From an uncultured bacterium (GTDB lineage: Bacteria; Deinococcota; Deinococci; Deinococcales; Trueperaceae), in contig CAZFAQ010000002.1 of assembly GCA_964517055.1 (NCBI GenBank), positions 24,633 to 88,632 of the forward strand: 64,000 nucleotides of DNA, in the 5' to 3' direction. Below the pieces are notes generated by a model. That model saw nothing but the letters and a program-made list of their open reading frames with translations. It did not search any database and was not told the DNA's origin. Numbering within the stretch: position 1 is the first letter of the stretch; every line of letters starts with the position of its first letter. Positions 18,531 through 27,831 of this stretch are shown piece by piece. The translations under genes were made by a program, and so were the position numbers.

Positions 18531-19103
18531 CTACCTGCGCGGCGTCCACTTCACCTCGTCCACCCCGGCCCGCACGTTCGCGACGCGGGCGAGAGTGAAG
18601 AGCAGGTCGGAGAGCCGGTTGAGCACGATCAGGACCTGGGGGTTGATGTCCGCCTCACGCGAGAGCGTAAGGGTCTCGCGCTCCGCCCGGCGCACCGTGG
18701 CGCGGGCGAGCTGCAGCGCCGCCGATGCCTGGGCACCGGCCGGCAGAACGAAGTTGGTGATGGGCGGCAGCTCCTCGGTGAGCTCGTCGATCAGTCGCTC
18801 TAGGCGCTCCACGTCCCCCTCGTCGACCGGCGTCACGTACGAGCGGGTCTTGACGTCAAGTGGCGTCGCGAGGTCGGCGCCCAGGTCGAAGAGCAGCGAC
18901 TGAAGCGCCTGAAGCTCGTCGTCCAGGACGCGCAGGGGCGAGCCATCCGGCTCCGTCAGCAGCGCCGCTCTAGCCAGGCCGAGCGCCGAGTTCGCCTCGT
19001 CCACCGCCCCGTACGCTGCCACGCGGGCGTCGTCCTTCTGCACGCGGCCGCCGCCGAACAGGGCCGTCGTGCCGTCGTCGCCGGTGCGGGTGTAGACCTT
19101 CAT
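18531..19103 (-). CDS. ATP:cob(I)alamin adenosyltransferase, PduO type
   Basis: [18 protein letters not shown]...[16 protein letters not shown] is the PduO-type N-terminal signature. Confidence 0.9.
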   Translation of the reverse strand: MKVYTRTGDDGTTALFGGGRVQKDDARVAAYGAVDEANSALGLARAALLTEPDGSPLRVLDDELQALQSLLFDLGADLATPLDVKTRSYVTPVDEGDVERLERLIDELTEELPPITNFVLPAGAQASAALQLARATVRRAERETLTLSREADINPQVLIVLNRLSDLLFTLARVANVRAGVDEVKWTPRR

Positions 19104-20356
19104 GCCTCTGTCGCCTCCACTGGTGGACCACTCGCGTCGCCCGCCCCGAAGCGCCGCGCCACGTACTCATCGAGCATCGCGTTGAACCGCGGCACGATGT
19201 CGTCGCCCTGCAACGTCGTGACCAGCTTGCCATCCTGGTAGACGGGTGCCCGCGGCGACTCGCCCGTGCCAGGCAGGCTGATGCCGATGTCGGCGTGCTT
19301 TGACTCGCCCGGTCCGTTCACGACGCAGCCCATGACTGCGACCTTGAGGTGCTCCACGCCCGGGTAGCGCTGTTGCCAGACGGGCATCTGGGCCTTGAGG
19401 TAGGCCTGCACGTCGCGTGCCATCTCCTGGAACAGGGTGCTCGTGGTGCGGCCGCAGCCGGGGCACGCCGTGACGCTGGGAGCGTAGCGGCGGATATCGA
19501 GCGACTGGAGGATCTCCTGCGCGATCTCGACCTCGCGCTCGCGCGGCGCGCCCGGGTCGGGGGTGAGCGAGACGCGGATGGTGTCGCCGATGCCCTCGGT
19601 GAGCAGCGGCGAGAGCGCCGCCGTGCTGGCGACCGCGCCGCGCACGCCCATGCCGGCCTCCGTCAGGCCCAGGTGCAGCGGGTAGTCGCACCTCGCGGCG
19701 AGGCGGCGGTAGACGTCCCATAGGTCGCGCACGCCGGAGACCTTGGCGCTGATGATGATGTGGTCGTGCGACAGGCCACGCTGCTCCGCCAGCTCCGCGG
19801 AGTCGAGGGCGCTCCTGAGCATCGCCTCTACGAGCACCTCGCGCGCGTCCTGCGGCTCGGCCAGGCGCGCGTTCTCGTCCATCAGCGCGGTCAGCAGGTC
19901 CTGGTCGAGAGAGCCCCAGTTGACCCCGATGCGCACGGGCTTGTCATTCGCTATCGCCACGTCGATGATCGTCAGGAAGTTCTCGTCGTGGCGCTTTCTG
20001 GGGCCCACGTTGCCCGGATTTATCCGGTACTTGTCGAGCGTCCGGGCGGCATCCGGATGGTCGACGAGCAGCTTGTGTCCGTTGAAGTGGAAGTCGCCGA
20101 CCAGGGGCACGTGCGCTCCCATGTCGAGGAGCCTGGCGCGGATCTCAGGCACTGCCCTGGCTGCGGCGTCGTTGTTGACAGTCACACGCACGATCTCGCT
20201 GCCGGCCGTCCAGAGGTCGTAGACCTGGGCGGCCGTGCCGGCCGCGTCCGCCGTGTCCGTGTTGGTCATGCTCTGCACGACGACCGGGTGGCCGCTGCCT
20301 ACCGGTACGCCACCGACCCAGGTCGTCGGGGTGCTGCGTCTGAGGGTCAGTTCCAC
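19100..20356 (-). CDS. ispG: 4-hydroxy-3-methylbut-2-enyl diphosphate synthase
   Basis: [28 protein letters not shown] plus the C-terminal CPGCGRT cluster. The start is moved from 20383 to GTG 20356 (a TATCCT box lies 7 nt upstream). Orthologues begin only a few residues before the RRxTP block. Confidence 0.9.
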   Translation of the reverse strand: MELTLRRSTPTTWVGGVPVGSGHPVVVQSMTNTDTADAAGTAAQVYDLWTAGSEIVRVTVNNDAAARAVPEIRARLLDMGAHVPLVGDFHFNGHKLLVDHPDAARTLDKYRINPGNVGPRKRHDENFLTIIDVAIANDKPVRIGVNWGSLDQDLLTALMDENARLAEPQDAREVLVEAMLRSALDSAELAEQRGLSHDHIIISAKVSGVRDLWDVYRRLAARCDYPLHLGLTEAGMGVRGAVASTAALSPLLTEGIGDTIRVSLTPDPGAPREREVEIAQEILQSLDIRRYAPSVTACPGCGRTTSTLFQEMARDVQAYLKAQMPVWQQRYPGVEHLKVAVMGCVVNGPGESKHADIGISLPGTGESPRAPVYQDGKLVTTLQGDDIVPRFNAMLDEYVARRFGAGDASGPPVEATEA

Positions 20357-20363
20357 GTGCCGC

Positions 20364-20369
20364 AGGATA
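20364..20369 (-). promoter_or_regulatory. -10-like box (TATCCT) 7 nt upstream of the ispG GTG at 20356
   Basis: The minus strand reads TATCCTgcggcacGTG. The resulting N-terminus matches where IspG orthologues begin. Confidence 0.4.
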
Positions 20370-20413
20370 CCTGTGCCGCGCACCCCTACCGGTTCGCGAA
20401 GACCAGTGCGGGA

Positions 20414-21181
20414 CTAAGGTCCGTTGAGCAGCCGGAGGACATCAGGCAGTAGTTCTCGGTTGCAGCTTATGCCGGAGCCGCCATGGATGCCCGGTCTCCC
20501 CTGCAGGTCGCCGAACCAGCCGCCGGCCTCCTCCAGGACCACCCCGAACGGGCCGGCGTCGTGCGGGGCCAGGAAAGGGTCGATCATCACCTCTACCCGC
20601 CCGGTCGCAACGCAGGCGTGTCCGTAGGCGTCTGACCAGCCGGGGCGGTGGTACGTGGCGTCCATAAGTCGCTGCCAACCTGCCGTCATGCCGGCCTTCT
20701 CGAACGAGGCCGCGTCGGTGAACGCGACCATCGCCTGCGTCAGGTCTGTCGTCTCGCGCACCCGCACGGGGCGGCCGTTCAGGAACGCTCCCCCACCGCG
20801 CGCCGCGTAGACGATCTCACCGAGGGCTGGGAAGTTGGCGGCGCCGACGACGACCTCGCCGTCCACCTCGAGCGCCAGCAGGTTGGCGTACAGGGGCACC
20901 CCTCGCATGAAGCTCTTCGTGCCGTCTATCGGGTCTATGTACCAGCGGGCGCCGGCTCCCTCGTTCGAGAGGCCGTGCTCCTCGCCCTGTACGCCGTGGT
21001 CGGGGAACGCCGCCTCCAGCCGAGAGCGGATCAGCTCCTCCGCCCGGACATCGGCCTCGGTGACAGGCGACGCATCGTCCTTCTCACGCACGTCGAGCGC
21101 CCTCCCGAAGTAGCCGAGGGTGAGACGACCCGCGTCGTGGACGGCCTCCAGGCATACGGCCAGCGCTTTATCCAGGTCCAT
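20414..21181 (-). CDS. Inositol monophosphatase family protein (possibly histidinol-phosphatase-like)
   Basis: WYIDPIDGTKSFMRGVPLYA and WSDAYG motifs of the IMPase/FBPase fold. Confidence 0.8.
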   Translation of the reverse strand: MDLDKALAVCLEAVHDAGRLTLGYFGRALDVREKDDASPVTEADVRAEELIRSRLEAAFPDHGVQGEEHGLSNEGAGARWYIDPIDGTKSFMRGVPLYANLLALEVDGEVVVGAANFPALGEIVYAARGGGAFLNGRPVRVRETTDLTQAMVAFTDAASFEKAGMTAGWQRLMDATYHRPGWSDAYGHACVATGRVEVMIDPFLAPHDAGPFGVVLEEAGGWFGDLQGRPGIHGGSGISCNRELLPDVLRLLNGP

Positions 21182-21188
21182 GCGGTGC

Positions 21189-21195
21189 TACCATA
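21189..21195. promoter_or_regulatory. Shared back-to-back -10 element for the divergent leaderless genes dgt (+) and the IMPase-family gene (-)
   Basis: TACCATA reads TACCAT on the + strand, 8 nt before ATG 21203. It reads TATGGT on the - strand, 8 nt before ATG 21181. The whole intergenic gap is 21 nt. Confidence 0.45.
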
Positions 21196-21202
21196 CAGCG
21201 CC

Positions 21203-22351
21203 ATGTTGAAGACCAGGGAGCAGCTCGAGAACGACGAACGGCAGGCGTTGGCACCGTACGCCTGCCTGGCGGCGGGCTCCCGTGGCCGCATCCACGAGGA
21301 GAGCGAGAGCTCCCACCGCACGGCCTTCCAGAAGGACCGGGACAGGGTGCTTCATACGAGCGCGTTCCGGCGGCTGGAGTACAAGACCCAGGTCTTCGTC
21401 AACTACGAGGGCGACTACTACCGCACCCGCCTGACTCACACGCTGGAGGTCGCGCAGGTGGCGACCAGCATCGCACGGGCGCTGGGCCTCAACGAGGACC
21501 TCGCCGAGACCATCGCTCTGGCCCACGACCTCGGGCACCCTCCGTTCGGGCACTCAGGCGAGAAGGCCCTCAACGAGCTGACCAAGCCCATCGGCGGGTT
21601 CGACCACAACCGCCAGAGCCTACGCATCGTGACGCAGCTCGAGCGCCGCTACCCGAACTTCGCAGGTCTCAACCTCACGTGGGAGACCCTCGAGGGGATC
21701 ATGAAGCACGAGACCGAGTACGACGTGCCTGATCCCGACTGGGAGCCGGACGCCCAGCCCTCGCTCGAGGCCCAGGTCGTCAACGTCGCGGACGAGGTGG
21801 CGTACAACGCGCACGACCTGGACGACGGGCTGAGGTCAGGGCACCTGACTCCCCGGCAGGTGTACGAAGTGCCGGTCATCGGCGAGCTGATGCGCCGGCT
21901 AGGCATCGACCCGAACACCTTCGACAAGTACGACCGCTACACGCTCATCCGAGAGCTGCTGGGCGACGTGATCACCGACGTCGTGGTCGCGACCGACGCA
22001 CGTCTGAAGGACGTCGGCATCCAGAGCCTCGAGGACGTGAGGGCCCACGACAGCAAGCTCCTGTCGGCCTCAGAGGCGATGGCGACGCGGTTGAAGAACC
22101 TCAAGTCGTTCCTTTACGAGAACTTCTACTTCCACTTCCGGCTGATCCGCATGTCACGAAAGGCGCACCTGGTGTTGGAGAGGCTCTACGGGGCCTACGT
22201 ACAGACGCCCACGATGCTGCCGCCCGACGTCCAAAGCGAGGCCGAGGAGGAGGGCATCGAGAGGGCCCTAAGCGACTACCTGTCTGGCATGACAGATCGC
22301 TACGCGAACGAGGAGTACCGCAAGCTGTTCATCCCGTCTGAACTGACCTGA
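21203..22351 (+). CDS. dgt: dGTPase-like (deoxyguanosinetriphosphate triphosphohydrolase-like) HD protein
   Basis: RTAFQKDRDRVLHTSAFRRLEYKTQVF, HTLEV and AHDLGHPPFGH. The start is set to ATG 21203; the upstream part of track ORF 20648-22351 is antisense to the IMPase gene. Confidence 0.85.
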   Translation: MLKTREQLENDERQALAPYACLAAGSRGRIHEESESSHRTAFQKDRDRVLHTSAFRRLEYKTQVFVNYEGDYYRTRLTHTLEVAQVATSIARALGLNEDLAETIALAHDLGHPPFGHSGEKALNELTKPIGGFDHNRQSLRIVTQLERRYPNFAGLNLTWETLEGIMKHETEYDVPDPDWEPDAQPSLEAQVVNVADEVAYNAHDLDDGLRSGHLTPRQVYEVPVIGELMRRLGIDPNTFDKYDRYTLIRELLGDVITDVVVATDARLKDVGIQSLEDVRAHDSKLLSASEAMATRLKNLKSFLYENFYFHFRLIRMSRKAHLVLERLYGAYVQTPTMLPPDVQSEAEEEGIERALSDYLSGMTDRYANEEYRKLFIPSELT

Positions 22352-22395
22352 ATACCGCGCCAGCTAGACCTGTCTGTCCGATGCCCAGCGCCGGT

Positions 22396-23475
22396 TCACT
22401 CCGTCCGGCGCGCAACCCCTATCAGCGTGCCGTCTTGGACGTCGCGTACCCACGCCACTCCGTACCCGCTGCGCAGGACCCTGACGAGCGTCCACGGGCT
22501 CGTCAGCGCCTGGGTCGTCATGGCACCATCGGAGGGCTCGGTGAACGCGACGTCGACGTAGAGCTCGCCCCTCTCCTCCACCACCCTGCGGGCCTGTACC
22601 GCGTGACCGCCGGTCGTCTGCTGGCCCTGGAAGATGGCGATCAGGGTCTCGCGCTCGAAGTCCACAGCCGGCAGCAGAGGTGCCTGCAGCTGTGTCGCGT
22701 GAACCCGCGTCCAGAACGACACGAGCTGCTGCTGGTTGGTGATGAGCTCGAAGCGCGGCGCCGAGACTCCCGTCGCCTGGCTGCCGCTGGCGACCGTCTC
22801 CCACGTCAGCTGTTCTGGGGACGGCCTGAACGCGCCCTCATCGGTAGCGATCTCGTGCTGGACGTACAGCCCGGTGCGCCTATGCTCCGTCAGGCCATCG
22901 ATGGCGTGCGCCGGCAGCGACTCCTCAGGCAGTTCGACCAGCACGAACGGTCCACCGGCTTCGAGCGCCGCCGCGAGAGCGTCGGCCTCGTCGTTGGTCA
23001 GCTGACCGATCCCCCTCATCGCGTTCAGCCTGGGACGCGGGACCACACGTTGCGTCACGCCCGGAGCACCGTCCTGGACGAGTGAGAGGTAGCTGCCGCC
23101 GTCGTAGTAGACGACCTCGCCGACGTCGGCGTTGATCGTCAGCTGCATGTCGGTCGTCAGGGGGATGCGGCTCACCGTGGCCGGAACGGCGTCGAGCGGC
23201 TCCGCAGACACCCTGGCGTACGGCCGCCCGTCCACCAGGAGCGCGCCCGGCACCGCGAACTCGCCGGAGCGCCTATCGTCGGAGCCTGGCGCGTCATCCA
23301 GCTGCACGGTCCCTCCGTCGTATGAGAACTGCCCAGGGCCGCCGTAGAAGTACGTGAGGCGGACCGACTCGTCGCCGTAGATGAAGACGTCGGAGGCGCT
23401 CCTGTCAGCCTCGGGCTCGCAGGCGGCCAACAGCATGACGATCAGCACAGTGCCGACGAACGAGGCTGCGCGCAT
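22396..23475 (-). CDS. Lipoprotein with a C-terminal PrcB_C-like domain
   Basis: MRAASFVGTVLIVMLLAAC lipobox. The C-terminal VDFERETLIAIFQGQQTTGGHAV...TSPWTLVRV resembles the PrcB C-terminal domain. The start is set to ATG 23475 (TGaTAGCAT lies 7 nt upstream). Confidence 0.6.
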   Translation of the reverse strand: MRAASFVGTVLIVMLLAACEPEADRSASDVFIYGDESVRLTYFYGGPGQFSYDGGTVQLDDAPGSDDRRSGEFAVPGALLVDGRPYARVSAEPLDAVPATVSRIPLTTDMQLTINADVGEVVYYDGGSYLSLVQDGAPGVTQRVVPRPRLNAMRGIGQLTNDEADALAAALEAGGPFVLVELPEESLPAHAIDGLTEHRRTGLYVQHEIATDEGAFRPSPEQLTWETVASGSQATGVSAPRFELITNQQQLVSFWTRVHATQLQAPLLPAVDFERETLIAIFQGQQTTGGHAVQARRVVEERGELYVDVAFTEPSDGAMTTQALTSPWTLVRVLRSGYGVAWVRDVQDGTLIGVARRTE

Positions 23476-23482
23476 GGGGCGC

Positions 23483-23491
23483 ATGCTATCA
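23483..23491 (-). promoter_or_regulatory. Extended -10 (TGaTAGCAT) 7 nt upstream of the lipoprotein ATG at 23475
   Basis: The minus strand reads gTGaTAGCATgcgccccATG. Confidence 0.4.
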
Positions 23492-23517
23492 CCGGCCGTC
23501 TGAGAGCCCGCTGAAGC

Positions 23518-23523
23518 TATGCT
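23518..23523 (+). promoter_or_regulatory. -10-like box (TATGCT) 6 nt upstream of the glycosyltransferase GTG at 23530
   Basis: The plus strand reads TATGCTggccgaGTG. Confidence 0.35.
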
Positions 23524-23529
23524 GGCCGA

Positions 23530-24693
23530 GTGGCACGCGCGGCGGAACGCGTCCTGATCCTCTCCGCATCCATCGGTGGGGGTCACGTAGCGGCCGCCAA
23601 GGCGCTCGTCGCGGCCTTCGCGGAGCTGGGCGCCGAGGCACGCCACGTCGACCTCCTCGAGCACACGGCCGCGCCCTTCAGGCGGCTCTACCGTCAGGCG
23701 TACTTCGACCTGGTCAGGAACGTGCCTGACCTGGTCGAGTGGTTGGGCCGTCGCCTAGACAGGCGCCCTACCGAGGCGCTCTCCGTGCAGCGCAAGCTGC
23801 GTGCGAGGGTGGTGAGGATGCTGTCCTACGAGATGCCACGGATCATCGACCGGTTCGCACCCGCCGCCCTGCTCCACACGCACTTCCTAGGGCCAGAGGT
23901 CATGGCCGGCCGGATGCGCCGTCGTGCTCCGCTACCGCAGGCCGAGGTCATCACCGACTACTTCGCCCATAGCCTCTGGCTGCAACCAGGCATCGCGCGC
24001 TACTACGTCGCCGCCCCGGAGGTGAAGGCGCACCTGGAGTCCACGGGGGTCGACTCCGGTCGCATAGAGGTGACCGGGATCCCGATCGACCCGAGGTTCG
24101 CGAGGTTGCCCACCAAGCAGGACGCCAGGCACCAGTTGGGCCTCGATGCCGACAGGCACGTGCTGCTGCTCATGGCTGGCGGGCTGCCCGAGGGAGACCT
24201 GAGGGCGATCCTCAAGCAGCTGAGTGCCCTGAGATGGCCGCTCCATGTCGAGGTGGTGACGGGCCGCAGCGAACGGCTGACGCGGTCAGCCCAGGAGGCG
24301 ACTGCCGATCACACCAGCCCCGTGCGGTTCCGGGTGCACGGCGTCGTAGACGACGTGCCCGTGCGGATGGCAGCGGCCGACCTGGCGCTGACCAAGCCGG
24401 GTGGTCTCACCACCACCGAGGCCCTGGCCGCGCATCTCCCACTGCTGCTCATGAGCCCCTACCCGCTTCAGGAGGAGGCGAACGCGGACTTCCTGCTCGA
24501 GAACGGCGCAGCGGCCCGCGTAGAGCCGCTCTCGACCTTCACGTTCAAGCTCAGGCGTCTGCTCGATGAGCCCGAGCGTCTGGGCGCGATGCGAACGGCC
24601 GCAGCCAGGCTGGCACGGCCGGACGCCGCGCACCGGGTCGCCAGTTCCGTCTTCACCGAGCTGATCGACATCGGAGCGGATAGGCGAGGGTGA
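23530..24693 (+). CDS. Glycosyltransferase, MGDG-synthase / GT28-like (glycolipid synthase family)
   Basis: RVLILSASIGGGHVAAAKALVAAF N-terminal motif and the C-terminal KPGGLTTTEALA block. Confidence 0.75.
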   Translation: MARAAERVLILSASIGGGHVAAAKALVAAFAELGAEARHVDLLEHTAAPFRRLYRQAYFDLVRNVPDLVEWLGRRLDRRPTEALSVQRKLRARVVRMLSYEMPRIIDRFAPAALLHTHFLGPEVMAGRMRRRAPLPQAEVITDYFAHSLWLQPGIARYYVAAPEVKAHLESTGVDSGRIEVTGIPIDPRFARLPTKQDARHQLGLDADRHVLLLMAGGLPEGDLRAILKQLSALRWPLHVEVVTGRSERLTRSAQEATADHTSPVRFRVHGVVDDVPVRMAAADLALTKPGGLTTTEALAAHLPLLLMSPYPLQEEANADFLLENGAAARVEPLSTFTFKLRRLLDEPERLGAMRTAAARLARPDAAHRVASSVFTELIDIGADRRG

Positions 24694-26606
24694 GGCGCAT
24701 GCACGCCTCGACCTGCACCGACGCCGTCGCCACGACGACACGGCGGCGGGACGGCGCGCGCTCGCCAGTCGTCGCTCTGGCGACGCTGCTGCTCCTGGTC
24801 ACGGTGTCGATGGCGATAGCCGCGCCGCCTATGGGCACAAGCCAGGTCTCCGCCGAAGAGCGTCCCACCGACCCCGGCGGACCGACCCGCGTACAGGTCG
24901 ACGTCCTCGTCTACGGCAGCGAGCCCGAGGCCATCATCGCAGCCGTCGCCGCCACCGAGGAGGGCGCCGAGACACTGTTGGTGACCCCAGACGACCGCTT
25001 GGGTGGGCTCTTCGTGCTCGGAGAGCTCAACGTCCTCGACCTCAAGACACAGCCGCACGACTACCAGCGGGGCCTGTTCGAGCGCTGGTGGCGGATGGTG
25101 GGCCGCGGAGAATCGTTCGACGTCGAAGACGCCGAGAGGGCCTTCACGGAGCTGTTGGCCACGGCCGGCGTCAGGGTGGTGCGGTCAGTCACGGACGTCA
25201 GTCCCGTGACCGACGCTCCCGGCGTGCTCTCTGGCATCGACTTCGAGGCAGGTGAGGGCCGGCGGTTCGAGGTTCGCGCGGCCCACGTCATCGACGGCAC
25301 GGCCGACGCCGACCTCGCGGCGGCAGCGGGCGCCGGCTTCGACGTGGGTTGGCGGGCGTTCGGCGTCGACATCCGCCAGGCGGACACGCTGGTGCTGCGC
25401 GTCGCAGGCGTCGACTGGCAGGCCCTGACCCAGGGCGTGAGGTCTCGCGGTCGCGACTATGCGGTCGCCAAGGACGACGTCGTCTGGGGCCACTTCGGCT
25501 CGGTGCCGGCCCGGTACGAACCGAGTCGTTCGGGCCTGAGGCTAAGGGGCCTCAACCTGGGCCTGCAGGACGACGGCACCGTGCTGGTCAACGCCCTGCT
25601 GATCTACGGCATCGACCCGCTCAGGCCCGAGAGCCTGGCGGAGGGGCGCGACCGTGCCGTGGCCGAGGGACCGAGCATCGTCGCCTACCTCGCGCAGCAC
25701 GTGCCCGGGTTCGAGGACGCGGTCTTCGCCGGCGGCGCCGAGAGGCTGTACGTGAGGGAGAGCCGTCACCTGCATGCCCGTTGCGTGCTGTCGGCAGCCG
25801 ACGTCTTCGACAACCGCGTGACACCCCAGGACGTTGCGGCCGGCGGCTACCCCCTCGACGCGCAGTCGATGACGCCATCAGACACCGGTTTCGTGTGGGG
25901 CAACCCCGAGATGTACGGGGGCAGGCTTTGCATGCTGGTGCCGCTCGGTGGGCCGTCTGGACTGTGGGTCGTGGGCCGCAGCGCGGGCTACGACCCGGTC
26001 GCGTTCGCCAGCGCGCGCGTCGTCCCGTTCGGCATGGCCATGGCGGAGGCGGCAGGCGTGGCGGCGAGCGTCGCAGTGAGTCGCGGCGTGAGCGCCCAGA
26101 CCGCGGCGCTCGACTCCGTACTGATAGCGGCGGTCCGCGAGCGCCTTTCCGAGCGCGGGGCCTACCTGCCCGCGGTGCGACCCCGTCCACCGCTAGGGCC
26201 GTTCGAACACGACCACTACGACGCGTTCCGCGTGATGGTAGGTCGTGGCCTGGCCGTTGGCGGCTACGAGAACGACCCCCGCCTGGACAGGGCAGCTACG
26301 ACGCTCTCCTTCACGTACCTGCTGGCCAACGTCGCGACGAGGTTCCACTTCCAGGCTGCGGTGGCCCAGCAGCTGGTAGACGTGGCGCCCGAGATCGCCC
26401 CACTCGACGCCGCCTTGACGCCCGAGGTGGCCGCGGCACTCATGAGTGAGGCCGCCTGCCTGCTGGGGGCCTGCCCTGCGCAGGCAGGCTGGGAGGGGCT
26501 ACACGCGGCCGGGCTGGCGTGGAGCGAGTCGCCGCCACACGGCACGCTTGCCCAGGGTCAGGCGTACGAGCTCGCGGCTGCCCTGGCGAGGGCCGCCGGG
26601 CGCTGA
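24690..26606 (+). CDS. Exported or membrane-anchored FAD-dependent-oxidoreductase-like protein with a degenerate dinucleotide motif
   Basis: An N-terminal hydrophobic anchor, then VDVLVYGSEPEAIIAAVAATEEGAETLLV where GxGxxG is expected, and DGTADADLAAAAG later. The GTG start overlaps the GT stop (GTGA); an alternative ATG is at 24699. Confidence 0.6.
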   Translation: MRRMHASTCTDAVATTTRRRDGARSPVVALATLLLLVTVSMAIAAPPMGTSQVSAEERPTDPGGPTRVQVDVLVYGSEPEAIIAAVAATEEGAETLLVTPDDRLGGLFVLGELNVLDLKTQPHDYQRGLFERWWRMVGRGESFDVEDAERAFTELLATAGVRVVRSVTDVSPVTDAPGVLSGIDFEAGEGRRFEVRAAHVIDGTADADLAAAAGAGFDVGWRAFGVDIRQADTLVLRVAGVDWQALTQGVRSRGRDYAVAKDDVVWGHFGSVPARYEPSRSGLRLRGLNLGLQDDGTVLVNALLIYGIDPLRPESLAEGRDRAVAEGPSIVAYLAQHVPGFEDAVFAGGAERLYVRESRHLHARCVLSAADVFDNRVTPQDVAAGGYPLDAQSMTPSDTGFVWGNPEMYGGRLCMLVPLGGPSGLWVVGRSAGYDPVAFASARVVPFGMAMAEAAGVAASVAVSRGVSAQTAALDSVLIAAVRERLSERGAYLPAVRPRPPLGPFEHDHYDAFRVMVGRGLAVGGYENDPRLDRAATTLSFTYLLANVATRFHFQAAVAQQLVDVAPEIAPLDAALTPEVAAALMSEAACLLGACPAQAGWEGLHAAGLAWSESPPHGTLAQGQAYELAAALARAAGR

Positions 26607-26607
26607 C

Positions 26608-27831
26608 CTATCGGTCCTGCCTGAGTTGGTCGACGAACTGTCTGGCTGTCCGCCCCGAGTAGCCGTTGCCCCTGTCGGCGAAGCGCAGCGCCGCTTCGTC
26701 CAGCACCTCCGACTCCACGGCGTGCTTCCCGGCGAGGGCGTGAACCAGCTCGAGGTAGCGCCTCTGCGTCGCGTCCGGGAAGGTCACGACGAGCCCGAAC
26801 CTGTCCGACAGCGCCAGCCTCTCGTGCTGAGTGTCCCAGCGACTGACGTCCTCGTCCTCCGGGCTCGGCCTGTCTGCGAAGCGCTCGCGTAGCAGGTGGC
26901 GCCTGTTGCTGGTCGCGTACACCACGACGTTGTCAGGGCGCGCGGCGAGGCCCCCCTCTAGCAGCGACTTGAGCGGCCGGTAGGCAGGGTCACCGTCCTC
27001 GAACGACAGGTCGTCGACGTAGACGACGAACCCCTGAGGCTTGCCTCTCAACAGCTCTAGTAGTTCTGGCAGACCGCCGAGCGCGGCGGTCCTCACCTCG
27101 ACGAGCCTCAGACCCCGTTGCGCGTACCGGGTAAGCAGCCCGCGGACGGCGGTCGACTTGCCGCTGCCGCGCGCACCGTAGAGGAGGACGTCGTGAGCGG
27201 GCGCGCCGGCCAGTAGCGCCTCGGTGTTCGACGCCAGCCGGCCAAGCTGGGAATCGAGGCCGAACAGGCCGGACCAGTCCGGAAGGTCAGGAACGGGCAC
27301 GGGCGATAGGCGCGCGCCGTCCCACGTGAGGGCAGGGTGCAACGCGCCCGGCCCTCCCCCGAGCTCGCGAACGGCGCCCAAGTAGCCACCCATCAGTCGC
27401 TCCACGTCGCCCGACAGGAGGGCGGCGACCATGGTCCGAACGACCGGGTGGTCGCTCCGTACGCCGATGTCGGTAATCGTTGGCGCGTCGAACCCGACCG
27501 CGGATGCCTCTGCAACGAGGTCGCGTCGCGCGAGCCGGGTCAAGGTCGCTAGGTCGCGGCGCAGCAACTCCAAGGCTCCATCGCCGTGTCCGTCGCCGCG
27601 TGCGCCCCCCGCCGCCAGCGCTCGTGGCGGCTCGCTGCTTAGGAGGTCGATGGCGATGGCTTCAGCCACGGACGGCGCGCCCCGAGCGACAAGGCGCCTG
27701 GTCACCCGGGCGTACTTGCGCTCTACGACCCTGAAGTCAGGGGCATCCTCGGTCAACGCCCTGTCCAGCGATAGCAGGGCCCGCCACCAGTCGGCGACGA
27801 GGAAGGAGAACGGTAAGTAGAGCACCGTCAT
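26608..27831 (-). CDS. DUF815-type AAA ATPase
   Basis: Walker A GARGSGKST and Walker B FVVYVDDLSFE. The C-terminal half resembles DUF815; about 190 aa of extra N-terminal sequence are present. Confidence 0.7.
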   Translation of the reverse strand: MTVLYLPFSFLVADWWRALLSLDRALTEDAPDFRVVERKYARVTRRLVARGAPSVAEAIAIDLLSSEPPRALAAGGARGDGHGDGALELLRRDLATLTRLARRDLVAEASAVGFDAPTITDIGVRSDHPVVRTMVAALLSGDVERLMGGYLGAVRELGGGPGALHPALTWDGARLSPVPVPDLPDWSGLFGLDSQLGRLASNTEALLAGAPAHDVLLYGARGSGKSTAVRGLLTRYAQRGLRLVEVRTAALGGLPELLELLRGKPQGFVVYVDDLSFEDGDPAYRPLKSLLEGGLAARPDNVVVYATSNRRHLLRERFADRPSPEDEDVSRWDTQHERLALSDRFGLVVTFPDATQRRYLELVHALAGKHAVESEVLDEAALRFADRGNGYSGRTARQFVDQLRQDR

